Shown here: positions 38,407 through 49,470 of the stretch, one piece after another
Layout of the letters: the number at the start of each line of letters is the position of its first letter
How positions within the stretch are numbered: position 1 is the first letter of the stretch
Origin: Pirellulales bacterium
GTDB lineage: Bacteria > Planctomycetota > Planctomycetia > Pirellulales > PALSA-1355
Direction: 5' to 3'
DNA length: 64,000 nt
Assembly: GCA_963733035.1 (NCBI GenBank)
Contig: CAVTBU010000005.1
Location: 258,483-322,482, forward strand
The notes under the pieces: model-generated
Databases searched by the model: none
The model's input: only the letters and a program-made list of their open reading frames with translations
Told to the model about the DNA's origin: nothing
Position numbers and translations under genes: made by a program

Positions 38407-39312
38407 TCAACGCTTGTCGGACAACGCCTGGCGACGCTCATGAGCCCGGCGGATCAAGGGCGACTCGCGGGCCTTGCGGGCCGCCGTGTAGGCCGTATCG
38501 GCCAGTGTGCCGGCCAGTTCCATGCGACCGGCCTGCTCAGCCTGATCTGAAAGTGCCAGCGCTGCCGATGCGGCCTTTGCTGCCGAGTCCGTGCTCACCA
38601 GACCGGCAATCGAAGCCCCCAGTGCCTCGCTCTTGAGTTCCAACAGATCGACTGCAAACGTTTTATCTAGCGCGTCGATGGCGGCCAGCGCCGTCACAGG
38701 ATCACCACCCGAAATGGCCCATTCGCGAGCTTCGTCGAGGGCCGCATACTGCTCGCTGAGTCCTTTGGCACTCCGAGCCGTCTTGAGTATTTGGGACGCC
38801 AAGCGCGCCTTCTGCCGCCCCGACTTGGCAGCCAGGATCGCATCGGCAAACTGTCCCTGAATCTTGTCGCGCGCAGCGTCGACCAGAGCGGCGGGGGGCA
38901 CTTTTTGGCGGTGCTCGCTCAGCGGCGGACCGTCCAACAGCGGCAAGAGCGCGCCGACTTCCATGCCAGCCGCCTTGGCCTGTTGCCACAGCGCTCGCGC
39001 GCGTGCCCGATCACCGGCCGGATCGACGGCCTGAAAGGCTCCGTAAAACACCTGAGCCTGAGGGGCGCGCTCATCGGCGCTGGCGTGGGCGAAAAACAGT
39101 GCCAAGCCGGCCGGCAGCGTGGCCACCGTATAATCGCGCCGCTGCCCCTCGATGAACAGCCCCACGCGATCTGGCCCCACTTCGACGATGGCTGCCCGAT
39201 TGCCGTCCCACTCAATCTCCTCGGTCGTCTCGTACTTCTGCCAACCGGAACGTACCGCCGCAAAAAACAACCCAAGCTGCTCACTGAGTGCGCAGCGTGG
39301 CGACTTCGCCAT
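38407..39312 (-). CDS. hypothetical protein (Ala-rich helical); possibly the C-terminal part of the J-like protein upstream
   Basis: 301-aa ORF with protein-like composition ('LFFAAVRSGWQKYETTEEIEWDGNRAAIVEV...'). Its first 32 nt overlap the end of ORF 39281..39958. No family recognised. Confidence 0.55.
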   Translation of the reverse strand: MAKSPRCALSEQLGLFFAAVRSGWQKYETTEEIEWDGNRAAIVEVGPDRVGLFIEGQRRDYTVATLPAGLALFFAHASADERAPQAQVFYGAFQAVDPAGDRARARALWQQAKAAGMEVGALLPLLDGPPLSEHRQKVPPAALVDAARDKIQGQFADAILAAKSGRQKARLASQILKTARSAKGLSEQYAALDEAREWAISGGDPVTALAAIDALDKTFAVDLLELKSEALGASIAGLVSTDSAAKAASAALALSDQAEQAGRMELAGTLADTAYTAARKARESPLIRRAHERRQALSDKR

Positions 39313-40271
39313 GTCGAGACTCGGCGGGAAGATTCTTTTCCGCCGCGTCGAGTGCCCGGTTTGCCGCGGTCACGTTCCGCGATACCAGCGCGGTGCGTGC
39401 TTGTTGTAGCGCGCCCTCGAACGCAAACTCCCGTTCCATATCAACGGCTGAATCGTTCACCGCGGCAACGCGGGCCGCAGGGGGCTGGTTCGACGACTTG
39501 TCGCGAGGCGGAGCGGCAACGTCGCTCGGCGGCTGCGCCGCCGGTTGTTTCACCTCGATTGACGTTGATAGTTCGGCCGTCGCGGATGGCTGCGTCGAAG
39601 ACGCTCTCACAAGAGACCCTCCCTCGACAACCGCATCGGCCCGCGCGGCGTGGGTCGAACTCTCCGGCTCGACACCTGGCGCCGCGATCGAATTTGCAAC
39701 CGCCGGTTCGTGCGTGGGAGCCACCACCGACTGCGCAATCGGGTTGCCTTCGACATTCCACCGCCAATACGCGATACCGGTGAGGATCAGCAACAGTCCG
39801 CCGGAAATCCCCAGCGCAATCTTCGGGCCGCTGAGCGTCGAAGCCTGCCGCCGACGGGCGAAGTTCATCCGCTGCTCGGTCCGGGCAATTTCTTCCCACG
39901 GCTCTTCGCGCGGAATGCTCGGATGGCGCGTCGGCCGCCACGGGAATCGACTTGGCAACAGGCGATCTCAACTCGGTAGCACTCGCAATGTTGTATTTGA
40001 GTCGCAGTTTTTCGTCGTACTGCGCCCGGGCTTGCGGATCGAGCAAGCATCGCCGGGCAGCTTCTAGCTGTGCGAGCAAGCGCTGCTGAAGTTCTTCGTG
40101 AGCACCCTGCGAAAGTGCGCTGACGCGGGCGATCGTGAGTTCCGCCGCGGCGGTTATTATCTGTGGGTCGGCGGTGAACACCGGCAGGCCGAACACACGA
40201 TAGTAATCCGCCCCGGCACGCCCACCGTCGATGCCGAGCCACTCGCGATACGGATCAAACGAATTGCCCAC
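39281..40271 (-). pseudogene. J-domain-like (no HPD) membrane protein; frame switch somewhere in 39900-39960 (or assembly indel)
   Basis: ORF 39441..40271 begins 'MGNSFDPYREWLGIDGG...DYYRVFGLPVFTADPQIITAAAE...LLDPQARAQYDEKL', the recurrent Planctomycete J-like N-terminal module, then degenerates. ORF 39281..39958 in another frame supplies a basic stretch plus a TM helix ('ARRRQASTLSGPKIALGISGGLLLILTGIAYW') and a plausible tail. Confidence 0.5.
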
Positions 40272-40303
40272 GGCGGCATTCCCCAGGGCTCAACGGACTA
40301 TGC

Positions 40304-41149
40304 TCACGGGGCAACTGAAATATCAAAGTAACGCACGCCCTGTGCGTTGATCTTGCGCTTGTAAACGCGGGTCGCGCTGGTGGCATACAAGGTATCAAGC
40401 TTGGCACCGGCAAAGGCGAGGTTGGCCAGCCAGCCGCCTTGTGGCCGATCAATGATGCCGACCAGCCGTCCCTGAGGATCGAACACTTGCACGCCTATTT
40501 GCGTGGCAACGTGCACGCGGCCAGCCGAGTCGACCGTCATGCCATCGGCCCCAGCATCCGGCCGGCCATCGGGGATTCGCAAGTCGCCAAACGGCTCCTT
40601 GAATGCTAAGTCGCCGTTGAACTCGATGCGATACGCCCACAGATGCGTCCCCTTCATATCGACGACGTAGAGCGTGCCCTGGTCGGGCGAAAGCACCAGG
40701 CCGTTGGGATATTCGAGTCCCTTGTCTACCACTCGCTTCTCACCGCCTGGCGGGATATACCAAATCTGGTGGTTCACCGGATCCGTGAAGTAGATTCCGC
40801 CCTCGCGGTTGACGACCAGATCGTTGCTCAGCACACCGTCGGCGATTGTCGTGGCCTCGCCCGACGAGTCATATGCAACAATCCGTTTCTTGCCGTTTTG
40901 GCAACCGTACAGTCGGCCGTCGGGGCCAAACATCAGACCGTTGGTGCCGTACGACTGGTCGACAAAGACTTCAACCTTTCCCTCCGGTGTCAGCCGATGG
41001 ATCTTACTGCGGAAGACGTCAGTGAAATACAGGTTGCCGTCCGCATCGGCCGCTGGCCCTTCGGTAAAGGTGTGGCCGTCGGAAACGACCTCCCAGTTCT
41101 GACCGTCGATCAGGAGTCCGGCCAAGAGTATTACGGCGAGCGATTTCAT
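40304..41149 (-). CDS. SMP-30/gluconolactonase/LRE family protein, secreted
   Basis: Signal peptide 'MKSLAVILLAGLL', 'FTEGPAADADGNLYFTDV', 'GGIYFTDPV' and 'YPNGLVLSPDQGTLYVVD'. Confidence 0.85.
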   Translation of the reverse strand: MKSLAVILLAGLLIDGQNWEVVSDGHTFTEGPAADADGNLYFTDVFRSKIHRLTPEGKVEVFVDQSYGTNGLMFGPDGRLYGCQNGKKRIVAYDSSGEATTIADGVLSNDLVVNREGGIYFTDPVNHQIWYIPPGGEKRVVDKGLEYPNGLVLSPDQGTLYVVDMKGTHLWAYRIEFNGDLAFKEPFGDLRIPDGRPDAGADGMTVDSAGRVHVATQIGVQVFDPQGRLVGIIDRPQGGWLANLAFAGAKLDTLYATSATRVYKRKINAQGVRYFDISVAP

Positions 41150-41203
41150 GTGGAGCGATCCTCATGCAGCATCTCGAAATCCGCCCTACTCCCGCGCCGC
41201 CAC

Positions 41204-42508
41204 CTATCCGGAGACGGCGTAGCAGTAGAGCGTGTCTTGTTCGCGCACGTAGAGTTTACCTCCGACGATCACCGGATGCGACCAACTCGGTTGCTCGACC
41301 CCAGGAATTTCGAAGGTACTCTTCTCCTGGTACTCGGCCGGTGTGGCCCCGATCAAGGCCATCACGCCGTTCTGGAAGCGGAAATAAAGGTTTCCGTCGG
41401 CGTAAGACAGGGCGGACGAACCGGTCCCTGGCCCGCGATTGTGCCGCCAGACGGTCTTGCCGGTTTTCCACTCCAGGCAGGTTGGCGCTCCGCGGTTGTG
41501 ACCGTGTCCGGCATAGACGTAGTCGCCGAGCATGACCATGCCGCCGTGGTGGTTCTGAAAGTCCTTGCCGTCGAGAAAGTAAACTTCCTCGGCCTGCACG
41601 CCACCGGCATCGGGTACGAGCTTGAGAAGCGCGGCGCCTGTTTGATAGCCTGATGAACAAAAGACATAGTCGCCATCCACCAGGGGCGTGGGAATGTTGG
41701 CCGTGCGATTGGCGATGCGGCCGTAACCCCAGAGGTACGTACCGCTCCGGGCGTCGACGCCGACGAGGCCCTGTCCCATGAGTTGGATGTATTGCCGCAC
41801 GCCGCCGCCGTCGCTGATGACGATCGACGAATAGGCCGCACCGTCGCGTCCCGCGCCATCGAGCGGAGGAATGGCCGACCGCCAGATTTCCCGTCCCGTC
41901 TTCTTGTCGAGCGCCACAATCCCGGCCTCCGAGCCGCCGGGCGTGCAGACCAGCTTGTCACCGTCGATGAGAGGGGACTCGCTGTATCCCCAGCCCGAAT
42001 GCATATGCCCGCCGAAGTCTTTCTGCATGCTGCGGTGCCAGACTTCCTTGCCATCGCGGACGCGTAGACAGACTAGATCACCGTGCGGCCCCAGTGCGTA
42101 GACCAGCCCGCCGTCGACGGTTGGCGTGCAGCGTGGGCCGGCATAGCCTTCCGGCTCCCACACGTCACCGATCCGCGTACTCCAGAGTTCCTTGCCGCTA
42201 TCCAGATCCAGCGCGATCACGAACTGACCATCGTCGCGATCTCCCATCGTGAAGATTCGGCCATCGGCGATTGAAAGGCTCGAGAAACCGCGTCCCAAAT
42301 GGCCGGCCTTCCAGAGGAGTTTGGGGCCTCCCTCCGGCCAAGTATCGAGCAGGTTTGATTCGGTGGAACTACCGTCGCGTTGCGGTCCGCGCCATTGCGG
42401 CCAGAACGGTTCCACGTCGCCCGAAGTAGGCCGCTTGTCCGCGGCAGACGCCACTGCGCTGCAACTGACCAGCAACCATCCCACAAACAGCAGCCAGCGA
42501 CGCGTCAT
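41204..42508 (-). CDS. secreted PQQ-like beta-propeller repeat protein
   Basis: Signal peptide 'MTRRWLLFVGWLLVSCSAVASA', 'WPQWRGPQRDG', and repeated blades ('DGGLVYALGPHGDLVCLRVRDGKEVW', 'GDYVYAGHGHNRGAPTCLEWKTGKTVW'). Confidence 0.85.
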   Translation of the reverse strand: MTRRWLLFVGWLLVSCSAVASAADKRPTSGDVEPFWPQWRGPQRDGSSTESNLLDTWPEGGPKLLWKAGHLGRGFSSLSIADGRIFTMGDRDDGQFVIALDLDSGKELWSTRIGDVWEPEGYAGPRCTPTVDGGLVYALGPHGDLVCLRVRDGKEVWHRSMQKDFGGHMHSGWGYSESPLIDGDKLVCTPGGSEAGIVALDKKTGREIWRSAIPPLDGAGRDGAAYSSIVISDGGGVRQYIQLMGQGLVGVDARSGTYLWGYGRIANRTANIPTPLVDGDYVFCSSGYQTGAALLKLVPDAGGVQAEEVYFLDGKDFQNHHGGMVMLGDYVYAGHGHNRGAPTCLEWKTGKTVWRHNRGPGTGSSALSYADGNLYFRFQNGVMALIGATPAEYQEKSTFEIPGVEQPSWSHPVIVGGKLYVREQDTLYCYAVSG

Positions 42509-42721
42509 CTTTCAGACTCCTTTTGGCAGGACAAAATCAGGCGGGAAGCGGGAATCTCGCCAGCAACATCCGTCGCCAAGCGAACTCCCCGGCGGGCAAA
42601 ACAGTCAAGCGAGTGCTCAGAAGTCTACTCGTCTAGCATGCAGCGAGCAACCTTCGAGCGGGGGCCCAAACTCCGGGCGTGCTCGTGTCGATAGCTCGCA
42701 CGTCCACGCGCTCGAGCCGCA

Positions 42722-43513
42722 CTATTCCGCCTGCTCCGATTCAAGTGAGCCGGCGGTCAAAATCGGCCACTTGCTGAGGTCCGGTTTGGCGTTATCCGCG
42801 GGGACGGAAGTTCCGTTGACGACCGTGAACTCGTCGGTCTGCGGACCCTCAATCGCCTTGGGCGCACGCCATCCGACAAGCACCAAGTGTTCGCCGGCAT
42901 CGTACATCCACAGCTCGAAGATACCCGGCATTGTTTGCTTCTCGACCTTCCCGTTCACCTTCACGAAAAACGGCTGAGAGAGTTCCATGCGGATTTTGCG
43001 CCAGTGAATCGCCTTGCCAGACGGTGTGTCCGCATCGACCGGTTCCCAAGTTGGAACCGGTTCGGGTAGGACCTTCTTTAGGCCTGCTTCGACCTCGTTG
43101 GCCAACTTATCGGCGTCTCCGGGCTTGGCATCGCCAACCGCAAGGTAGCAGTAAAAGGGAAGCGTCTTGCCCTCCGGGTCTTTCGCCATCCCTTCGTACG
43201 TCAGTTTGATGGTATCGTCAGCGGGCATGAATGGCGGCTGTCGGCGATCTGGCTTGATGCGATCCCCGTCGTCCGGATGTCCGCTATCCTTAGTGTACGA
43301 TTGCGTGAAGATCACCGGCACGCGCACCGAGAATTGGGTTCCGGGGATGACCGTCGGCAAATACATACCCTGAAACTTCGCTTGGCCCCGCAAACGCGCT
43401 GCCCCGCGATTGATCAGGGCATTGTATTCGGAGGTTCCACAGCCAGAAATCGCTGAGATCAGTAATAGCCACGCGGGCCAGGTCCTGCGTGTCATTTTCG
43501 TTCGTTGGTCCAT
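42722..43513 (-). CDS. hypothetical lipoprotein
   Basis: Lipobox 'LLISAISGC' after a basic N-terminus. No family recognised. Start ATG 43513 (alternative 43495). Confidence 0.65.
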   Translation of the reverse strand: MDQRTKMTRRTWPAWLLLISAISGCGTSEYNALINRGAARLRGQAKFQGMYLPTVIPGTQFSVRVPVIFTQSYTKDSGHPDDGDRIKPDRRQPPFMPADDTIKLTYEGMAKDPEGKTLPFYCYLAVGDAKPGDADKLANEVEAGLKKVLPEPVPTWEPVDADTPSGKAIHWRKIRMELSQPFFVKVNGKVEKQTMPGIFELWMYDAGEHLVLVGWRAPKAIEGPQTDEFTVVNGTSVPADNAKPDLSKWPILTAGSLESEQAE

Positions 43514-43944
43514 GATCCACTCCCAAAACACAATGCCACGCGAGATGCTGCCCCAATCTCAATTTTGATTGCCGACGGCGCACGGTGTCAAGCAAACGGG
43601 ACGTAAGGAATCGTACCGTGCGCTGCCAGAAAAGAGAAAAGGGCGGACGAAAGTCAAATCCACAGGAAACACGAAATGAGTTCAATCAGGTCGGCAAACC
43701 AACCACGACTCCACCTCGAAGGCGGTTCTGGCTGCATCGCGATGAAATCTCTGGTCGGAAGTCGCTTGCTCCGTTCAAGCATAAATTGATTCTACCCTAT
43801 GCGCAGAATCTGACCCCCACGCCGTCCCGACGATGGCTATGGGCCGACGTCCGCGGTTGCGGGTCGAACGGAGGCGGTCCATAATCAGGACCTGCTGATC
43901 TCAATCAACCGAAAACTCCCCGTTTTCCCCCGATCTTTCGAACC

Positions 43945-46900
43945 ATGATCCAACTCGCTTATCGCAAAGTGGTCGCCTTGCTCCTATTGCTGCCTGCCGC
44001 CACGCTCTTGGCCGCCGCTCCGGAAGTGATTCCGCACCACCAAGACAAACCACCGGGGCCCGCGCTTACTCCACAAGAGGCGATCAAGAAGATGAACGTG
44101 CCGGCGGGGTTTTCTGTGGAAGTCGTGGCCGCTGAACCCGACATCGTGAATCCTGTCGCCATGACGTTCGACGAGCGCGGACGGGTATGGATCACCGAGA
44201 GCTTGGAGTATCCGCGGCGCGAAGCCGGCCCGGGGCGCGACCGCGTGAAAGTGCTTGAAGACACCGACGGCGACGGACAAGCCGACAAGTTCACAATTTT
44301 TGCCGAAGGATTCAACATTCCCTCCGGCATTGCGGTGGGGTACGGCGGCGTGTGGCTGGCCAACGCCCCCGACATTCTCTTCTTGCAAGACACCGACGGC
44401 GACGGACGAGCCGACAAACAGGAAGTTGTTGTCACGGGCTTTGGCCGCGACGACACTCACGAACTACCCAACTCGCTCACCTGGGGCCCAGACGGCTGGC
44501 TCTACGGCCTCAACGGCGTGTTCAACCCATCGCGCATCGAACAAAATGGAAAGGCATTGGAGTTTACTTGTGCACTGTTTCGCCTCCATCCCCGTACACG
44601 CGAGTTTCAACTCTTTGCCGAGGGAACGAGCAATCCCTGGGGAGTGGCCTGGGACATCGAAGGGAGCGCCTTCCTCAGTGCTTGCGTGATCGACCACCTA
44701 TGGCATCTGACCGAAAGCGGCTACTACGTCCGCCAAGGCGGACCGTATCCGCCACATACCGTGCCACAGGGATCCATCGTCAAACACAAACATCAGAAGG
44801 CCGCCTATTGTGGCATTCACTTCTTCGATAGCGACGCTTATCCGCCGGAGTTTCGCGAGCGGCTCTACATGGGCAACATCCACGGCAACTGCCTGAACGT
44901 CGACGTGCTCCAACGCGATGGCTCAACCTATTTTGCCACTCCCGAAGCCGACTTCCTGAGTGCCAACGATGCCTGGTTCATGCCCGTGGTGCAAAAGACC
45001 GGCCCCGATGGCTGCCTCTATGTCCTCGACTGGTACGATCGGTATCACTGTTATCAAGATGCCAATCGCGATCCGCCGGGCATCGACCGGCTCAAAGGGC
45101 GCCTCTATCGCATCCGTTATCAAGATACGCCGCGCGCTCCGCAGTTCGACCTGGCGAAGGAAACTAGCGCCCAACTCGTCGAGCGACTGCACAGCCCGAA
45201 CGTCTATTTCCGCGACATTGCACAGCGCTTGCTCACCGAGCGAAACGATTCGGCCGCAGTGCCCCAGCTTGAGCAACTCGTGCTCGATGACGGTGCTTCG
45301 CGAAAGGCGCGCCTGCATGCTCTCTGGGCGCTCGTCGGCACCGGGGGGCTTTCTCCGGAATTCCACGCTGCCCTGCTCGCCAATGCCGACTCGGGCATTC
45401 GAGCGTGGGGCGTGCGGGCAGCCGGTAATTTTGGCAAGGTTGACGACCTGTTGCGAGGCAAGATCCTTTCGCTCGCCGCTGACCCGGCTGCCGAAGTCCG
45501 GTTGCAAGTGGTCATCGCCGCCACCAAGCTCGAGGGAGTCGACGCGATGCCAGTTTTGTTGCAGGTGTTAAGCACCAGCGGCGGTGACAAGCTGCTGCCG
45601 CACATCGTTTGGCAAAACCTGCAGCCGATGCTCGAACAACACGGCGCGCGGTACCTCACACTTGCAACAGCGTCGCACTACCGCACGTCTCCCGCCGTTG
45701 CATCGTTGATGCCGCAGGTGATCGACCGCATCCTTGCGAGCCGGAACACCGACGCCATCGGGGTCCTGGTGCAAACCCTCTCCGACGAAGCGACGGCCGA
45801 ACCGCAGACCCTGGAAAAATGTTTGGCCACGCTCACCACGAGGCTAGCAAATCGCGAAATCACCGCCGCGCAGCTCAAACCGCTCAAAACCCAGCTGGAT
45901 CCACTCGTACAGAGAATTCTCACGGGAGATGACAAGGCCGCGATCTATCCCAATGCCGCCCTGCTAGCCGCCACGTGGAAAGATCACCGCGCTATTGAAG
46001 TCGTGCGGACGTATTTCAATTCGTCCGAGCAACCGGCATCGAGGCGAATTCAGGCACTCGAAGCCCTGATTGCGGCGGGCGACGACACCATATCGGGCGG
46101 CGTCACCGCGTTTTTCGCCGATCCGCGGAATCATCCCGTCGAACTCCGTACGGCCGCACTCGCGGCACTTGCGCGTCTCGATGCGCCCTGGATCGCCGAA
46201 GTCGTCCTGGAAAACTATCCGCAACTCGAGCCCGAGCTTCGTCCGCGCGCGATCGAGCTTCTGACCGAGCGCCTCCAGTGGGCCGAACAACTTCTCGACG
46301 CGATTGGACGTGACGAAATCCCCGCATCGGCTCTGAACGCCAATCAAGTGCGGCAACTGCTCGCCCGTAACGACGCATCGCTGACCGAAAAGGTCCATGC
46401 TCGCTGGGGATACGTCCGTGACGAGCGAGATCCACATCGCGAGGAATTGATTGGCCGCATGCGCACTTTTCTTCGCAAGACCGAGGGAAATCCGCTCGCC
46501 GGCGAGGAAGTCTTCAAACGTGTGTGCGGACAATGCCACAAAATCTACGATCAGGGCCAAGAGGTCGGTCCTGACATCACGCTCAACGGACGCAACTCGT
46601 TCGAGCAGCTTCTTTCGAATGTTTTTGATCCGAGCCTGGTGATCGGTGCCTCGTATCAGGCCCGCACGGTCGTCACGGCCGACGGCCGCGTGCTGACCGG
46701 TTTGGTTGCCGAGGACAGCAACGAGCGCGTCGTTCTGACGATGCAAGGGGGGAAGCAGGAGGTGATTCCGCGCGGCGAAATCGAGATCATGAAGACCAGC
46801 CCGCTATCGTTGATGCCGGAGGATTTGGAGAAGCAACTCAAACCGCAGGAGTTGGCGGACCTGTTCGCGTTTATCACGCTCGACAAACCGCCAAGCGACC

Positions 46901-47382
46901 CCTCGGCCAAAAAGCTTCCTGGCTCGCAACCGATCGTGCCCCGGCAAACGACCGACCGCGGAAAGTTCAGCGAACTTGTGCACGAGATCTCTCGGCAATT
47001 TGCGACAAATAGTGCCGGCAAGGAAGGTTTGGCAATTGTGGCCGAGCACGCCGGCCGGGAGGGCGTGCTCCGCACTACGCCCGTTCATCGTCAGCAACCT
47101 TGTGTGCTGCACGGCAAGCTCGACGTGCCCGCTGGCAAACATTCGCGACTGCTGCTCGTCGTCTCAAATGAGAAGAAAGGTGCCTGGAACCTTTTGGTAC
47201 GCGTAGACGGTCAAACACTGCATCGGTCACTTGTTGATGGAGCGGATGCCCACTGGCAGACTATTGCCGTCGACGTCTCGCAATACGCGGGCAAGCAGGT
47301 AAACGTCGAGCTACTTGACGCCGCGGTCGACGATCGTCCCAGTGCCGCGTATTGGGCACAAATCGACCTGATCTCCGAATAA
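43945..47382 (+). CDS. PVC-type heme-binding CxxCH protein (membrane-bound-dehydrogenase domain + HEAT repeats + cytochrome c + C-terminal beta-rich domain)
   Basis: 1145 aa. It has a signal peptide, '[20 protein letters not shown]', '[11 protein letters not shown]' and '[10 protein letters not shown]', HEAT-like repeats, and '[23 protein letters not shown]...SLMPEDL'. It is an intact paralog of 5234..8505. Confidence 0.9.
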   Translation: MIQLAYRKVVALLLLLPAATLLAAAPEVIPHHQDKPPGPALTPQEAIKKMNVPAGFSVEVVAAEPDIVNPVAMTFDERGRVWITESLEYPRREAGPGRDRVKVLEDTDGDGQADKFTIFAEGFNIPSGIAVGYGGVWLANAPDILFLQDTDGDGRADKQEVVVTGFGRDDTHELPNSLTWGPDGWLYGLNGVFNPSRIEQNGKALEFTCALFRLHPRTREFQLFAEGTSNPWGVAWDIEGSAFLSACVIDHLWHLTESGYYVRQGGPYPPHTVPQGSIVKHKHQKAAYCGIHFFDSDAYPPEFRERLYMGNIHGNCLNVDVLQRDGSTYFATPEADFLSANDAWFMPVVQKTGPDGCLYVLDWYDRYHCYQDANRDPPGIDRLKGRLYRIRYQDTPRAPQFDLAKETSAQLVERLHSPNVYFRDIAQRLLTERNDSAAVPQLEQLVLDDGASRKARLHALWALVGTGGLSPEFHAALLANADSGIRAWGVRAAGNFGKVDDLLRGKILSLAADPAAEVRLQVVIAATKLEGVDAMPVLLQVLSTSGGDKLLPHIVWQNLQPMLEQHGARYLTLATASHYRTSPAVASLMPQVIDRILASRNTDAIGVLVQTLSDEATAEPQTLEKCLATLTTRLANREITAAQLKPLKTQLDPLVQRILTGDDKAAIYPNAALLAATWKDHRAIEVVRTYFNSSEQPASRRIQALEALIAAGDDTISGGVTAFFADPRNHPVELRTAALAALARLDAPWIAEVVLENYPQLEPELRPRAIELLTERLQWAEQLLDAIGRDEIPASALNANQVRQLLARNDASLTEKVHARWGYVRDERDPHREELIGRMRTFLRKTEGNPLAGEEVFKRVCGQCHKIYDQGQEVGPDITLNGRNSFEQLLSNVFDPSLVIGASYQARTVVTADGRVLTGLVAEDSNERVVLTMQGGKQEVIPRGEIEIMKTSPLSLMPEDLEKQLKPQELADLFAFITLDKPPSDPSAKKLPGSQPIVPRQTTDRGKFSELVHEISRQFATNSAGKEGLAIVAEHAGREGVLRTTPVHRQQPCVLHGKLDVPAGKHSRLLLVVSNEKKGAWNLLVRVDGQTLHRSLVDGADAHWQTIAVDVSQYAGKQVNVELLDAAVDDRPSAAYWAQIDLISE

Positions 47383-47509
47383 GATCGTTTTCACGGCGTC
47401 CGCGACATGCTGTGCGGCGGCCCAGGAATCGATTCACCGTCGACGACGACCAGATCGCAGGGATGATAGTGTAAGACCTTTCGACAACAACCGGGGAGCA
47501 AGGTTTCGC

Positions 47510-49174
47510 ATGGCAGATTATCAGTTTCCCAAGCTCGCTAAACCCGAGAAAGTCAAAAAGAACCAGGTGCTGCTGGTGGCCAGTGGCGACCTGCGGCTGT
47601 CGGCCAACCAGAATTGCTGGCCCGCACAGCATGAAATGGAACAGGCGCTCACCAAAGCGGTCGCCGATGCCGGGTACGAACTCGTCCGGGCGCATCCCTA
47701 CAAGGCCGATGAAAAACACGGCTTCATCGGCTCGCAGCACGAAGGGCTCGAAGTATTCCGCTCGATCGACCCCGAGGCCAAGCTCATTGTGGCCGAGGCC
47801 GTGTGGCAATACTCGCATCACGTACTTCCGGGCCTGCTCACGCATCGGGGCCCGCTGTTGACGCTCGCCAACTGGTCGGGCACTTGGCCAGGCTTGGTCG
47901 GAATGCTGAATTTAAATGGTTCGCTGACAAAAGCCGGGCGAAATTATTCCACGCTATGGAGCGAGGACTTCACCGACAAATTCTTCGTCCACCACCTGAA
48001 GAATTGGCTCGCGAAGGGCGTCATCCGGCATCGCGTCGACCATGTCCGCCCGTTCCGTTTCATCAAAGTGCCGGCGAAAGAACGCCGCCTTGGAGCGGCG
48101 TTGGCCGCCCAACTGAAGCGTGAAAAGGCAATTCTCGGCGTATTCGACGAAGGCTGCATGGGCATGTTCAACGCCATCATTCCCGATCACTTGCTACATC
48201 CGACCGGCTGTTTCAAGGAACGGCTCAGCCAGTCAGCGCTCTACAATGAGACCATGCACACACCAGACGACGAGGCGCACGCCGTTCTTAAGTGGATGCA
48301 GTCGCATGGTCTCAAGTTCGTCACCGGTCCCAAGCACGCGGAAGATCTGACCGACGACCAGATTCTTAAGCAGTGCAAGATGTACATCGCCGCGATGCGA
48401 ATCGCCGACGACTTCGGCTGCGACGCCATTGGAATTCAGTACCAGCAGGGGCTGAAAGACCTGCTGCCGGCCAGCGACCTGGTGGAAGGAATGCTCAATA
48501 ATAGCGATCGTCCGCCGGTGCGCAGTCGAGACGGAAAACGAGTGTTGCGAAAGGGAGAACCGCTGCCGCACTTCAACGAAGTGGATGAATGTGCTGGACT
48601 CGACGCGTTGATGACCTATCGCGTGCACAGGGCGATGGGACAGCCGGTCGAGAACACTCTGCACGACGTCCGTTGGGGCGATTGGGACCAAAGCGGCACG
48701 GTAAAGGACTACGTCTGGGTGTTCTTGATCAGCGGCTCGGCCCCACCGGCACACTTTCAGGGTGGCTGGAAGGGAGCCTCCAGCGAGCGGCAACCGGCGA
48801 TGTACTTTCCCAACGGTGGTGGCACGCTCAAGGGAATTTCGAAGCCCGGCGAGATTGTCTGGTCGCGGATTTACATCGAACGCGGCCGGCTCTGTATGGA
48901 TTTGGGCCGTGCCGGCGTGGTTGATCTGCCCGCCAGGGAAACCGAGCGCCGCTGGCAGGCCACAACGCCCCAGTGGCCGATCATGCACGCGGTGACGTAT
49001 GGAGTTTCGCGCGACAAGTTCATGGCCCGACACAAAGCCAACCACATTCACGTGGCCTATGCCCACAGCGCCGCCGAGGCCGATCGCGCCCTTGCCACCA
49101 AGGCGGCAATGGCCGAATCGCTAGGCCTAGATGTCTTTATCTGTGGCACTCGGAAAAACGGCAAGGCGTGGTAG
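47510..49174 (+). CDS. L-fucose/arabinose-isomerase-like sugar isomerase family protein (tentative)
   Basis: 554-aa ORF with a GGGGAG about 10 nt upstream. The N-terminal '[18 protein letters not shown]...' and the overall length recall the FucI-like fold family common in Planctomycetes. The family call is from memory only. Confidence 0.45.
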   Translation: MADYQFPKLAKPEKVKKNQVLLVASGDLRLSANQNCWPAQHEMEQALTKAVADAGYELVRAHPYKADEKHGFIGSQHEGLEVFRSIDPEAKLIVAEAVWQYSHHVLPGLLTHRGPLLTLANWSGTWPGLVGMLNLNGSLTKAGRNYSTLWSEDFTDKFFVHHLKNWLAKGVIRHRVDHVRPFRFIKVPAKERRLGAALAAQLKREKAILGVFDEGCMGMFNAIIPDHLLHPTGCFKERLSQSALYNETMHTPDDEAHAVLKWMQSHGLKFVTGPKHAEDLTDDQILKQCKMYIAAMRIADDFGCDAIGIQYQQGLKDLLPASDLVEGMLNNSDRPPVRSRDGKRVLRKGEPLPHFNEVDECAGLDALMTYRVHRAMGQPVENTLHDVRWGDWDQSGTVKDYVWVFLISGSAPPAHFQGGWKGASSERQPAMYFPNGGGTLKGISKPGEIVWSRIYIERGRLCMDLGRAGVVDLPARETERRWQATTPQWPIMHAVTYGVSRDKFMARHKANHIHVAYAHSAAEADRALATKAAMAESLGLDVFICGTRKNGKAW

Positions 49175-49470
49175 CGGGCTGCAACGTCGGCAAGTTGATT
49201 TCTTCAGCTGGCGAGGTGGCGCATGCTGGCTCGGTGGCACGCGTGTATTTCTAGTCACGCTAGCCGAGTTCGGCAATCGCCGCACTAATCCTATCCCAAA
49301 GTGCCCGGCGCGCTTCGAGCGTGGCGAGTGCACCGTCCGCCGCCGCGTCCCATTTGGCCGGGTCGTTTCCGCACAGGCCGGCGATCAACTTTTGGGCCAT
49401 GGGACCGTGTTCGTCTGTTCGTGACAACTCCCGCGGCTCGGCTCGTTTGTTGTCGAGGAGGGCAATCCGT

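Noticed and set aside
43578-43623. 9-bp perfect stem GCGCACGGT/ACCGTGCGC with a 28-nt loop in the 413-nt intergenic region upstream of the lipoprotein and PVC heme genes
   Set aside because: There is no T-run, so it is not a terminator. There is no second copy in the window and no recognisable RNA family. It could be a leader structure, but the evidence is a single stem.
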